Origin: Candidatus Omnitrophota bacterium
Lineage (GTDB): Bacteria > Omnitrophota > Omnitrophia > Omnitrophales > Aquincolibacteriaceae
Reading direction: 5' to 3'
Assembly (NCBI GenBank): GCA_022711115.1
Contig: JAKLFP010000003.1
Span: 201,199-265,198, forward strand
Length of the DNA stretch: 64,000 nt
The translations under genes were made by a program, and so were the position numbers. Below, piece after piece: positions 1 to 8,170 of the stretch (positions are counted from its first letter, which is position 1; each line of letters begins with the position of its first letter). The notes beneath the pieces were generated by a model. That model saw only the letters and a list, made by a program, of their open reading frames with translations. It ran no database searches and was not told where the DNA came from.

Positions 1-242
1 CCATCTTGAAAGAAACCAATTGCGGTTATGAAGCCCCTAAGGACCCGAACACAAAAAAACTGCTGGCACAAAACATCAAGGGGGAGCAGTGCGCGATCGA
101 AACCTACAAAAGCCTTCTTGATTTTGTCAAAGGCAAGGACGCCATCACGGAAAAGATAGTCCTTGAGATCCTGGAAGACGAGGTGGAGCATGAAGAAGAT
201 CTCCAGGCGATGCTCGACGACATGAAATCGCCGGTCAAGTAA
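1..242 (+). CDS. ferritin-like diiron-carboxylate protein, C-terminal fragment (gene continues upstream of window start)
   Basis: The reading frame is open to the window edge, and the listed ORF 6..242 merely starts at an internal TTG. The C-terminal pattern ...AIETYKSLLDFV...ITEKIVLEILEDEVEHEEDLQAML resembles the last helices of bacterioferritin/ferritin-like proteins. Confidence 0.4.
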   Translation, partial: ILKETNCGYEAPKDPNTKKLLAQNIKGEQCAIETYKSLLDFVKGKDAITEKIVLEILEDEVEHEEDLQAMLDDMKSPVK

Positions 243-254
243 GGGCAGGATTTT

Positions 255-1070
255 GTGACAGACTCATTCGGACAGCCCCACATCCTCCTGCAGGCTCTTC
301 TCGCGGGGCTTTTTACCTGGGGGATGACGGGACTCGGTGCGGCAACGATCTTCGCGTTCAAAAAGATCAATCAGAAAATTCTGGATGTTATGCTTGGATT
401 CGCAGCCGGCGTGATGATCGCGGCAAGTTTCTGGTCGCTTCTAACCCCTTCGATCGAAATGGCCGAAGCGCAAGGCATGATCCCATGGTTGCCGGCCTTG
501 ACCGGATTCCTTCTCGGTGCCGCGTTCTTCCGCGGCATCGACAAGATCCTGCCGCACCTCCATCCCCTGCTCCCGGATGAAAAAATTGAAGGCATCAAAA
601 CCACATGGCCGAAATGCACCCTGCTGGTGTTGGCTCTGACTATCCACAATATCCCGGAAGGCCTCGCGGTCGGGGTCGCTTTTGGATCGACAGGCTCCGG
701 CGCTCATTCGATGCCGATCATGGCCGCGCTGGCGCTCGCCGTCGGGATCGGGATCCAGAATTTCCCGGAGGGATTGGCGGTCTCCTTCCCTCTTCACCGG
801 GACGGTTTCTCAAAAGGAAAAAGTTTTTGGTATGGGCTTCTTTCTGGAGTCGTTGAGCCGATTGCCGCGGTGATCGGCGCGGCTATTGTCGTGCTGGTCC
901 AGCCGCTTCTGCCTTACGCCCTGGCGTTCGCGGCGGGAGCCATGATCTTCGTGGTGGTGGAAGAGGTGATCCCCGAATCCCAACAAGGCGGCAACGGCGA
1001 TCTCGCGACTACCGGGACCATCCTTGGATTCGCTACCATGATGCTTCTCGACGTCGCGTTCGGAGCTTGA
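255..1070 (+). CDS. zupT: ZIP family divalent metal transporter (ZupT-like)
   Basis: A 271-aa polytopic membrane protein with the HNIPEGLAVG and NFPEGLAV signatures typical of ZIP/ZupT transporters. Confidence 0.8.
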   Translation: MTDSFGQPHILLQALLAGLFTWGMTGLGAATIFAFKKINQKILDVMLGFAAGVMIAASFWSLLTPSIEMAEAQGMIPWLPALTGFLLGAAFFRGIDKILPHLHPLLPDEKIEGIKTTWPKCTLLVLALTIHNIPEGLAVGVAFGSTGSGAHSMPIMAALALAVGIGIQNFPEGLAVSFPLHRDGFSKGKSFWYGLLSGVVEPIAAVIGAAIVVLVQPLLPYALAFAAGAMIFVVVEEVIPESQQGGNGDLATTGTILGFATMMLLDVAFGA

Positions 1071-1104
1071 CGGTGTGAGAAGGCCCGAACTATCAGAATA
1101 TGCC

Positions 1105-1134
1105 TTGACAGGTATATTCCATTATTGGTATATT
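1105..1134 (+). promoter_or_regulatory. putative sigma70-type promoter (-35 TTGACA 1105-1110, -10 TATATT 1129-1134) flanked by a 9-bp direct repeat, upstream of the ArsR-family gene
   Basis: TTGACA is followed by an 18-nt spacer and then TATATT. The direct repeat ggtatattc occurs at 1111-1119 and 1127-1135. The first ATG of the ArsR ORF (1140) lies 6 nt after the -10, so the transcript may be leaderless. Confidence 0.35.
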
Positions 1135-1139
1135 CAAAC

Positions 1140-1442
1140 ATGTCAAAACCTTTGATTGATCCTAAAATACTTCAAACTGCCGCAAAGATCCTTCGAGCAC
1201 TGGCGCATCCTTTGCGTCTGCGTATCATTGAAAAGCTAAAAAAAAGGAAATATTCCGTCGGGGAACTGGTCACCGCTTTGGACTTGCCTCAAGCGGTTGT
1301 CTCAAAACATTTGGCGCTTCTTAAAAACACGGGGATCTTAACCAGTAAAACAGACTGCAATTTCCGCTACTATTCGATCGCCAACAGTAAGGTCCTTGAC
1401 GTCCTGAGCTGCATCCAAAAAAGCTGTTCTAAGGAGAATTGA
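1140..1442 (+). CDS. ArsR/SmtB family transcriptional regulator
   Basis: A winged-HTH pattern LAHPLRLRIIEKL...YSVGELVTALDLPQAVVSKHLALLKNTGIL is present. The listed ORF starts at TTG 1125, but the first ATG at 1140 is more plausible. The stop overlaps the next gene's start (ATGA at 1439-1442). Confidence 0.8.
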   Translation: MSKPLIDPKILQTAAKILRALAHPLRLRIIEKLKKRKYSVGELVTALDLPQAVVSKHLALLKNTGILTSKTDCNFRYYSIANSKVLDVLSCIQKSCSKEN

Positions 1443-3898
1443 CCATGCGCATTTTAATCGTAGGAGGAGTGGCAGGAGGCGCCTCCGCGGCCGCCCGCGC
1501 GAGACGCTTATCGGAAGATGCCGAGATCATTATCTTCGAGCGGGGCGACTACGTTTCTTTCGCTAATTGCGGGCTTCCTTATCATATCGGGGGCGTCATC
1601 AAAGACCGCGAACGATTGATCGTCCAAAGCCCGAACAGCATGCGAAAAAATTTCAGGATCGATGTGCGAACCGGAACGGAAGTCCTCAAGATCGACCCAG
1701 TCAAAAAGCTCATTGTTACCAAGGAACTTTCGACAGGAACCGAACGTAAAGAACCTTATGATTTCTTGATCCTGAGCCCCGGCGCGGAACCGGCGCGTCC
1801 TCCCCTGCCAGGCATTAATTCCAGAAAAATCATGACCCTGCGAAGCTTGAATGACATGGACGCGATCAAAAAAGCCATCGATACGGATCGTCCCGAACGA
1901 GTCTTGATCCTCGGTGGCGGCTACATCGGACTGGAAATGGCGGAGGCCCTCAGAGAACGGCAGGTCAACGTGACGCTTGTCGAACTCATGAACCAGGTCA
2001 TGGGGCCCACGGACCCTGAAATGGCGGCACCCCTTCATCAAGAACTTACCCTTCACGGCGTGGATCTCCGGCTGGGGACCTCGGTCAAAGGTTTCCGTGA
2101 AGAAAAAAATATTCTTTACGCCGACCTCAGCACCGGAGAATCCCTGGCTTTCGGTTTGGCTGTCCTTGCCGTTGGCGTTAAACCGGAAACCCGCCTTGCG
2201 CGTGACGCGGGGCTGAAACTCGGAACACGCGGAGGTATTTCGGTTGACGCAGGCATGCGAACCAGCGACCCGTTCATTTACGCGGTAGGCGACGCTGTGG
2301 AGGTGAAAGATCTCGTCACAAACGAACCCTCTCTCATCCCCCTTGCCGGTCCCGCGAACCGGCAAGGACGGATCGCCGCGGATAATATTTTCGGCAGGAA
2401 CTCGACATACAAAGACACTCAAGGTACGGCGATCTGCAAAGTCTTCGGCCTTACGATCGGCATGACCGGAACAAACGAGAAAAACCTGAAGCGGCTGAAG
2501 GTCCCTTATGAAAAAATCTATATTCATGCCGCATCCCACGCAAGCTATTACCCCGGCGCGTCACCCATTAATTTAAAATTGATCTTCGATCCCAAAACAG
2601 GAAAAATCCTCGGGGCTCAAGCTGTCGGACCGGACGGGGTGGACAAGCGGATCGATGTGATCGCGGTAGCTCTGCGTGCCGGGCTGACAGTCTATGATCT
2701 TGAGGACATGGAGCTTTCTTACGCCCCGCCCTACGGCTCGGCAAAAGACCCTGTCAATTACGCCGGATTTGTCGCGGCAAATGTTCTCCGCAAAGACGTG
2801 CTTGTCTGCCACGCGGAAGACGCCTTGCATCCCAGAAAAGACCAGCAGCTTTTGGATGTCCGTACTTCCGCTGAAATCACTTCCGGCATGATCCCGGGCG
2901 CGATCCATGTCCCTCTCGACCAACTTCGGGAAAGATTGCCGGAACTTTCAAAAGATAAAGAATACCTCCCCTACTGTAAAGTCGGCCTGCGCGGCTATCT
3001 TGCCTGCCGGATCCTTTCCCAGCACGGGTTCAAATGCCGCAACCTGACCGGAGGTTATGACACTTATCAGGCAAGCCTCGGGCTTGCGGTGAAGCGACCG
3101 GTCATAAAAGACATGAGAGACGACACCGGAGCTCACGGATTCCTTGCGACAAACGAAAATCCTCACACTTCGCTTGTCAAAGAAATTGACGCATGCGGCC
3201 TGCAATGCCCAGGCCCGATCCTGCGCATCAAAACCGAGATCTCAAAGATCCAGACCGGAGAAGCTCTCCGGATCTCCGCCACGGATCCCGGGTTCGTCAC
3301 TGACATTCAGGCGTGGTGCAAAAGCACGGGGCATCAATTGCTTGAATTGAAGCCCGTTTCGGGAAAATACCAAGCCACGATCGTCAAACAGCAACCGGGA
3401 GATCCCAAGGAAACCTCCATGGATTATTCCAAAAAGAAAACCATAGTAGTCTTTAGTTCGGATTTTGATAAAGTGATGGCCGCGTTCGTCATCGCCAACG
3501 GGGCGTTGGCCATGGAAAGTGACGTAACGATGTTTTTTACTTTTTGGGGGTTGAACGTCCTGCGAAAACCCAGCCCCGGGCGCGTAAGCAAAAACTTGAT
3601 TGAAAAAATGTTCGGTTTCATGATGCCTCGCGGCGCCGACAAACTTTCCCTTTCCAAAATGAACATGGGCGGCATGGGACTTCAGATGATCAAGGGCATC
3701 ATGAAGAAAAAGAACGTCGCTTCCCTGCGCGAATTGATCGCCAGCGCCCAAGCTTCGGGCGTCCGGTTTGTCGCTTGCTCCATGTCTATGGACTTGATGG
3801 GGATCAAGAAAGAAGAATTAATCGACGGCGTCGAGACTGGCGGCGTCGCCATGTATCTTGATAACGCCCAGCAAGGCAATGTGAATCTTTTCATTTAA
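1439..3898 (+). CDS. multidomain sulfur-trafficking oxidoreductase: CoA-disulfide reductase-like FAD/NAD(P) pyridine nucleotide-disulfide oxidoreductase + rhodanese + TusA-like + DsrE/DsrF-like
   Basis: The N-terminus has the FAD-binding motif ILIVGGVAGGASAA and the redox-active SFANCGLPY. The middle has a rhodanese segment (QQLLDVRTSAEI...CKVGLRGY). This is followed by a TusA CPGP motif (CGLQCPGPILRIK) and a DsrE-like C-terminus (TIVVFSSDFDKVMAAFVIANGA). The protein is 819 aa. Confidence 0.8.
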   Translation: MTMRILIVGGVAGGASAAARARRLSEDAEIIIFERGDYVSFANCGLPYHIGGVIKDRERLIVQSPNSMRKNFRIDVRTGTEVLKIDPVKKLIVTKELSTGTERKEPYDFLILSPGAEPARPPLPGINSRKIMTLRSLNDMDAIKKAIDTDRPERVLILGGGYIGLEMAEALRERQVNVTLVELMNQVMGPTDPEMAAPLHQELTLHGVDLRLGTSVKGFREEKNILYADLSTGESLAFGLAVLAVGVKPETRLARDAGLKLGTRGGISVDAGMRTSDPFIYAVGDAVEVKDLVTNEPSLIPLAGPANRQGRIAADNIFGRNSTYKDTQGTAICKVFGLTIGMTGTNEKNLKRLKVPYEKIYIHAASHASYYPGASPINLKLIFDPKTGKILGAQAVGPDGVDKRIDVIAVALRAGLTVYDLEDMELSYAPPYGSAKDPVNYAGFVAANVLRKDVLVCHAEDALHPRKDQQLLDVRTSAEITSGMIPGAIHVPLDQLRERLPELSKDKEYLPYCKVGLRGYLACRILSQHGFKCRNLTGGYDTYQASLGLAVKRPVIKDMRDDTGAHGFLATNENPHTSLVKEIDACGLQCPGPILRIKTEISKIQTGEALRISATDPGFVTDIQAWCKSTGHQLLELKPVSGKYQATIVKQQPGDPKETSMDYSKKKTIVVFSSDFDKVMAAFVIANGALAMESDVTMFFTFWGLNVLRKPSPGRVSKNLIEKMFGFMMPRGADKLSLSKMNMGGMGLQMIKGIMKKKNVASLRELIASAQASGVRFVACSMSMDLMGIKKEELIDGVETGGVAMYLDNAQQGNVNLFI

Positions 3899-3930
3899 CC
3901 AACGTTTTCAACTACACATAAAGGAGATTT

Positions 3931-4722
3931 TTGATGAAAAATAAGAATATCATCGCATCGCTCTTAACCGTGATGTGCCTGGTTTCGGGCCTGGCTTTTC
4001 CCGTATACGCGGAAGAAACTGCGGCCACGCATCTTCCGCTGATCGGAGATGACGCCCCGGCTTTTACGGCCAAAACAACTCAAGGGACGATCAATTTTCC
4101 GGAGGATTATAAAGGGAAATGGATCATCCTCTTCAGCCATCCCGCGGACTTCACGCCGGTCTGTACGACGGAATTTATGACGTTCGCAACTATGCAGCTG
4201 GAATTCGAAAAACTCAACACGCAACTTGTCGGTCTTTCCATCGACAGCGGTTACAGCCATATCGCATGGCTCCGGACCATCAAAGAGAAAGTCGAATTTA
4301 AAGACATGAAAAATGTCGAAGTGACTTTCCCGTTAATTGAAGATATTAAAATGGATGTGGCTAAAAAGTACGGCATGCTCCAACCCACGGCAAGCACCAC
4401 GCAGGCTGTACGCGCTGTCTTTTTTATCGACCCGGCAGGAAAGATCCGGGCGATCCTTTATTATCCGCTCTCTAACGGACGCAATTTCGACGAGATCAAG
4501 CGGCTTCTGATCGCGATGCAAACCTCAGACGCTTACAAGATCGCCACCCCCGCCAACTGGCAGCCGGGCGACGACGTGATCGTCCCTCCCGCAGGTTCGT
4601 GCGGAACGGCGAAGGAACGCATGGAAAAATCCGGGCAGGGTGAACTGGACTGCAAGGACTGGTTCATGTGTTTCAAAAAGCTGTCCAAGGAGCAAGTCGA
4701 AGAAGGGCTTAAAAAGAAATAA
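3931..4722 (+). CDS. secreted 1-Cys peroxiredoxin (Prx6-like) with N-terminal signal peptide
   Basis: The signal peptide is MMKNKNIIASLLTVMCLVSGLAFPVYA. The peroxidatic motif is FTPVCTTE. A consensus RBS AAGGAG lies at 3921-3926. Confidence 0.8.
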   Translation: MMKNKNIIASLLTVMCLVSGLAFPVYAEETAATHLPLIGDDAPAFTAKTTQGTINFPEDYKGKWIILFSHPADFTPVCTTEFMTFATMQLEFEKLNTQLVGLSIDSGYSHIAWLRTIKEKVEFKDMKNVEVTFPLIEDIKMDVAKKYGMLQPTASTTQAVRAVFFIDPAGKIRAILYYPLSNGRNFDEIKRLLIAMQTSDAYKIATPANWQPGDDVIVPPAGSCGTAKERMEKSGQGELDCKDWFMCFKKLSKEQVEEGLKKK

Positions 4723-4754
4723 AGCAGACTTTCTTCAGCCTGCTTCATTGACAA

Positions 4755-4786
4755 GGGACGGTTCTCAAAAAAACCGTCCCTTTTTT
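4755..4786 (+). terminator. rho-independent terminator after the peroxiredoxin gene
   Basis: A 9-bp stem gggacggtt/aaccgtccc (4755-4763 and 4772-4780) has an 8-nt loop and is followed by the T6 tract 4781-4786. Confidence 0.6.
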
Positions 4787-4803
4787 CTTGCCATCCCCTC
4801 ACC

Positions 4804-4847
4804 TTGACAAAAAATCCTTGGAAGGATATTATTAGCATATGCTAATA
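4804..4847 (+). promoter_or_regulatory. sigma70-like promoter (-35 TTGACA 4804-4809, 17-nt spacer, -10 TATTAT 4827-4832) overlapped by a perfect 18-bp palindromic operator (tattagcatatgctaata, 4830-4847)
   Basis: This was read directly from the sequence. The palindrome is perfectly self-complementary, overlaps the -10 hexamer and the predicted transcription start, and lies 17 bp upstream of the DUF134 start codon (4864). Confidence 0.5.
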
Positions 4848-4863
4848 ACTAAACGGAAAACTC

Positions 4864-5238
4864 ATGCCTCGCCCTTTTAAATGCCGCCGCGTTTCAGGAA
4901 CCCCGGGCTCGCAATATTTCAAACCAAGGGGCATCCCGCTCCTTGACCTTGAAGAAGTCGACCTGACGCTCGACGAGTTCGAAGCGATCCGGCTCGCGGA
5001 CCTGGAGGATTTCTATCAGGAAAACGCCGCAAAAAAGATGGGCATCTCAAGACAAACATTCGGAAACATTATCGCCGGCGCACATAAAAAAATTGCCGAC
5101 GCCCTTGTGAACGGCAAGGCCCTGAAGATCTCAGAGAGCGCTTTCGCGAAAACAGCGGGACGGTCGTGTTTCCGCCACCGTAAAAAGTGCGGGCAAAACA
5201 AACTTCTTAGGGCAAAAACTGATGGAATCCACGCATGA
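4864..5238 (+). CDS. DUF134/UPF0251 family putative DNA-binding protein
   Basis: The N-terminal MPRPFKCRRV signature and a sigma-70 region-4-like HTH (MGISRQTFGNIIAGAHKKIA) are present. The stop overlaps the next start (ATGA). Confidence 0.7.
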   Translation: MPRPFKCRRVSGTPGSQYFKPRGIPLLDLEEVDLTLDEFEAIRLADLEDFYQENAAKKMGISRQTFGNIIAGAHKKIADALVNGKALKISESAFAKTAGRSCFRHRKKCGQNKLLRAKTDGIHA

Positions 5239-5417
5239 TCAGGATCGAAGAGACGCTATGCGATGGCTGCGGCATTTGCAAAGAGATCTGTCCCGTAGAC
5301 GGTGTCAGGGTCATCAACGGCAAAGCTGTTGCCAATTTGAAATGCATGGACTGCGGGACTTGCATAAGCTCTTGCCCTCCCCAGGCAATTTCCGCGAACA
5401 AGGTTGAAGCATCATGA
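5235..5417 (+). CDS. 2x[4Fe-4S] ferredoxin
   Basis: Two cysteine clusters are present, CDGCGICKEICP and CMDCGTCISSCP. The protein is 60 aa and is ATGA-coupled on both sides. Confidence 0.8.
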   Translation: MIRIEETLCDGCGICKEICPVDGVRVINGKAVANLKCMDCGTCISSCPPQAISANKVEAS

Positions 5418-6013
5418 GCCACGATTCGGTTATTCTTTCTCTTTATAAGCGAATCCGGTTATTCAGAAAATATGGCTATGATCTTCCCGCATCGAGAAAG
5501 TACCTTTTGGAAAAGTGCATCCCCTTTGTCGGGAAAGTCCTGGAAATCGGCAGCGGCAAGGGACATTTCACGGCTTGTTTGGCAAAAAAGCGTTTTAAAA
5601 TCATTTCCGTGGATCTGGATCCTGATGCATTGAGGATCTCAAAAAAACATCTCACCGCGTTAAAACTATCAAAACAGGTCCTGTTCCGAAAAATCAACGC
5701 GGAAAAACTCCCCTTCCCTTCCCGGAGTTTTAACCAGGTCGTTTCAATAGACTTTTTCCATCACGCGAAGAATCCCTTTCGGTGTCTTCGCGAAATGATG
5801 CGTGTCACGCAAAAAAATTTACTGATCGCGGACCTGAACAAAAAAGGCATGCGGGTCATGGACCGCGTCCACCAACTCGAAGGGAAAAAACATGAATCCA
5901 GCCGAATCTCATTCAAGGCTTTGAAACGGCACCTTGAGAGAAACGGATTCCTTGTCAAAAGCTACCGTCACAACTGTCATCAGATCTTTCAAGCTCAAAG
6001 GAGGGACTTATGA
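5414..6013 (+). CDS. class I SAM-dependent methyltransferase
   Basis: SAM-binding motif I VLEIGSGKGHF is followed by an acidic loop VDLD. Confidence 0.7.
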   Translation: MSHDSVILSLYKRIRLFRKYGYDLPASRKYLLEKCIPFVGKVLEIGSGKGHFTACLAKKRFKIISVDLDPDALRISKKHLTALKLSKQVLFRKINAEKLPFPSRSFNQVVSIDFFHHAKNPFRCLREMMRVTQKNLLIADLNKKGMRVMDRVHQLEGKKHESSRISFKALKRHLERNGFLVKSYRHNCHQIFQAQRRDL

Positions 6014-6375
6014 GAATCTGCATTCCAACCACCACCCGAGAAGGGAAATCCGCCCGTGTTCACGAACATTTCGGAAGCGCCCCTTTCTTCACGATATGGG
6101 ATAAGGAAAAAGACGTCATGGAGATCATCGATAATGCCAATCAGCACCACAGCCACGGCATGTGCCATCCCATGACGTCACTGGCAGAAAAGAGGATTGA
6201 TGCTGTGGTCACAGGCGGCATGGGCGCTCGTGCCGTCCAAAAACTGAACGAGGGAGGCATCAGGGCCTATCGGGCCGTTCCCGGAACCGTCGATAATACC
6301 TTGAAGCAATTTTCATATGGCGGACTTCAGGAACTGACCATTGAGAACGCCTGCGCTCAGCACGGCTGCCATTAA
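6010..6375 (+). CDS. NifX/NifB-like dinitrogenase FeMo-cofactor-binding domain protein
   Basis: MRICIPTT...HFGSAPFFTIWD...AVVTGGMGARA is typical of the NifX/NafY/NifB C-terminal (DUF269-like) family. The protein is 121 aa. Confidence 0.7.
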   Translation: MRICIPTTTREGKSARVHEHFGSAPFFTIWDKEKDVMEIIDNANQHHSHGMCHPMTSLAEKRIDAVVTGGMGARAVQKLNEGGIRAYRAVPGTVDNTLKQFSYGGLQELTIENACAQHGCH

Positions 6376-6387
6376 ACATTCCGGTTT

Positions 6388-6855
6388 ATGCGGCAAGCCC
6401 AAGAAAAGCTTAAATCCTTACAAAAACTCTTTCATTCCGCCTGCGTAGTTTGCGGAAGAAAAAATCCTCAGGGCATGAAATTGCCTTTTCAGACTTGTAA
6501 GGATGGTTCGGTCAAGGCGCGATTCTTTTGCGACCGACTCTTACAAGGCTATCCGGGTTTGATACACGGGGGCATGACTGCGGCGATCCTTGACGGGGCC
6601 ATGATGAACTGCCTTTTTGCCCACGGCCGCATCGCCGTCACGGGAGCTCTTGCGGTACGTTTTTTGTCTCCTCTTGCCGTAGAACGAACGGTCACCGTCC
6701 GAGCACGGATCAAAAAATCGATCTCCATGTGGCATATCCTGGAATCCGAACTCCGGCAGGGCAAGCGAATCCTCGCGAAAGGAACCGCCAAATTCATGGA
6801 ATGTACCGAATATTTCTTTAAACAACATGAAAGGACGCGCGAAGAAAGAAAATGA
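6388..6855 (+). CDS. PaaI/4HBT hotdog-fold thioesterase
   Basis: The pattern GLIHGGMTAAILDGAMMN is typical of PaaI-type thioesterases. An N-terminal CxxC (CVVCG) is also present. Confidence 0.65.
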   Translation: MRQAQEKLKSLQKLFHSACVVCGRKNPQGMKLPFQTCKDGSVKARFFCDRLLQGYPGLIHGGMTAAILDGAMMNCLFAHGRIAVTGALAVRFLSPLAVERTVTVRARIKKSISMWHILESELRQGKRILAKGTAKFMECTEYFFKQHERTREERK

Positions 6856-7034
6856 ATCCTTGGATCCGGTTTCTCGCTTTGGTCTGCGAACGATGTCCCC
6901 TGTGCGCGATGGCCAGACGTTTTCCGAAATCTTCATTTGCCCAGCATATGAAACGCATAGAAAAATTCTGCCCTTTTTGTTTGGCTCACGAAAAATCAAA
7001 ACAGCATGATGGAAACAGCAAAAGCTTATTCTAA
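6852..7034 (+). CDS. small Cys-rich (CxxCxxC...CxxC) zinc-ribbon-like protein, possible sixth gene of the DUF134 operon
   Basis: The start overlaps the thioesterase stop by ATGA, the same coupling pattern seen upstream. The motifs are CERCPLC and CPFC. The protein is 60 aa, and coding is uncertain. Confidence 0.3.
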   Translation: MNPWIRFLALVCERCPLCAMARRFPKSSFAQHMKRIEKFCPFCLAHEKSKQHDGNSKSLF

Positions 7035-7055
7035 ATGGAAATTTGAAGAACCGTT

Positions 7056-7994
7056 TTAGGTCAGGAGGGCAAAGCTGAAAATCCCGGACGTGGTCTGGAC
7101 CTTGTTGCTTCCGAAAACATCCTGTTGAACACCGAGCTCAAGGCGAAAATGATCGCCAAACGGCATGATGAATCCGAGAACAACGCTGGCGAGGTTCGCC
7201 GTGGCCCCGTGCCCGCCGAAATCATGAAGATAAATGAACTCGGCCTCGGGCTGCAGCCAAGATAAAACTTGATATCCCACCGCGAAATTCGAATGGGCGG
7301 TCCCGTAATAGTGCCCCGTCCGCTCCCAATGCGCGAGCGGTGAATTAAATCCGAGATTGATTGTTCCGTTCCAGCGGCCGATGTCCTTGGTAAACGCGAA
7401 CGAATTGTCCAGACTTGTATACCCCTGGCTCGCGCCGATATGATCCAGATTGCTGCGCCGGCCCGTCGGAACAAATATCGTCGGCATGTACGCGATCTCC
7501 AACCTTTTCTCCGCGGAATCATAGAACCGCCAGCGCCCCGCGATCCCAAGATCTCCCCATCCAAACCCGTGGGTTGGGCCTTCGGTTTCATCTTCCATAG
7601 AAGAACCCGTGTCCGGATCCATCATGTCCCTGAATTCGTTGTAATTATTGTTCTTATCCAAGGTGTGCTGGTACCACTGAATAATCCCGATATCGACCCC
7701 TTCATAAAGACCGATCGTCACCTGCGAATCAAAAGTTTGAGTTAAATAAGTCCCGCGTTTTTCTCGACTCCCGTTCGATTTCCATGCGAATTTCCCTCCC
7801 TGCAATGAATAGGAACTCCAGATTTCCACTTGCCCCGGATCATTGGTTGTCGCATCACTCGTCACGACCTTGGAATGTTCTTCGATCACAATATTCTCAG
7901 CCGCGTGCGTGGCGTAAACCGGGATCTGCCCGAGACAAAGCAAAAGAGTCAGCGTTATCGAAAGTTTGGAAACATTGACGCCCGATGATATCAT
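7056..7994 (-). CDS. outer-membrane beta-barrel protein (MetA-pathway/phenol-degradation-like transporter family), signal peptide
   Basis: The likely start is MISSGVNVSKLSITLTLLLCLGQIPVYA, an internal Met of ORF 7056..8042. The C-terminal pattern GIFSFALLT and aromatic-rich alternating segments support a beta-barrel. Confidence 0.45.
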   Translation of the reverse strand: MISSGVNVSKLSITLTLLLCLGQIPVYATHAAENIVIEEHSKVVTSDATTNDPGQVEIWSSYSLQGGKFAWKSNGSREKRGTYLTQTFDSQVTIGLYEGVDIGIIQWYQHTLDKNNNYNEFRDMMDPDTGSSMEDETEGPTHGFGWGDLGIAGRWRFYDSAEKRLEIAYMPTIFVPTGRRSNLDHIGASQGYTSLDNSFAFTKDIGRWNGTINLGFNSPLAHWERTGHYYGTAHSNFAVGYQVLSWLQPEAEFIYLHDFGGHGATANLASVVLGFIMPFGDHFRLELGVQQDVFGSNKVQTTSGIFSFALLT

Positions 7995-8170
7995 TTTTTT
8001 TCGGGAGGTTTCCCAGGCTTGAAGCAGTCCTTGGAACAACACCCGCCTCCTTTTTGTTTGATGAAATAAACAATCACAAGTAATACAGCCAACGCCACAA
8101 TGCCTAATGCAATCATCTCGCCTTTATCCATAAATTTCCCCCAAAAGAGAATCGTTTCGAACCCCAGAGT

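Noticed and set aside
1508-2539. 343-aa ORF on the minus strand
   Set aside because: It lies entirely antisense to the well-supported CoADR-rhodanese gene. It is Arg/Gly-rich with no motifs, a typical shadow ORF.
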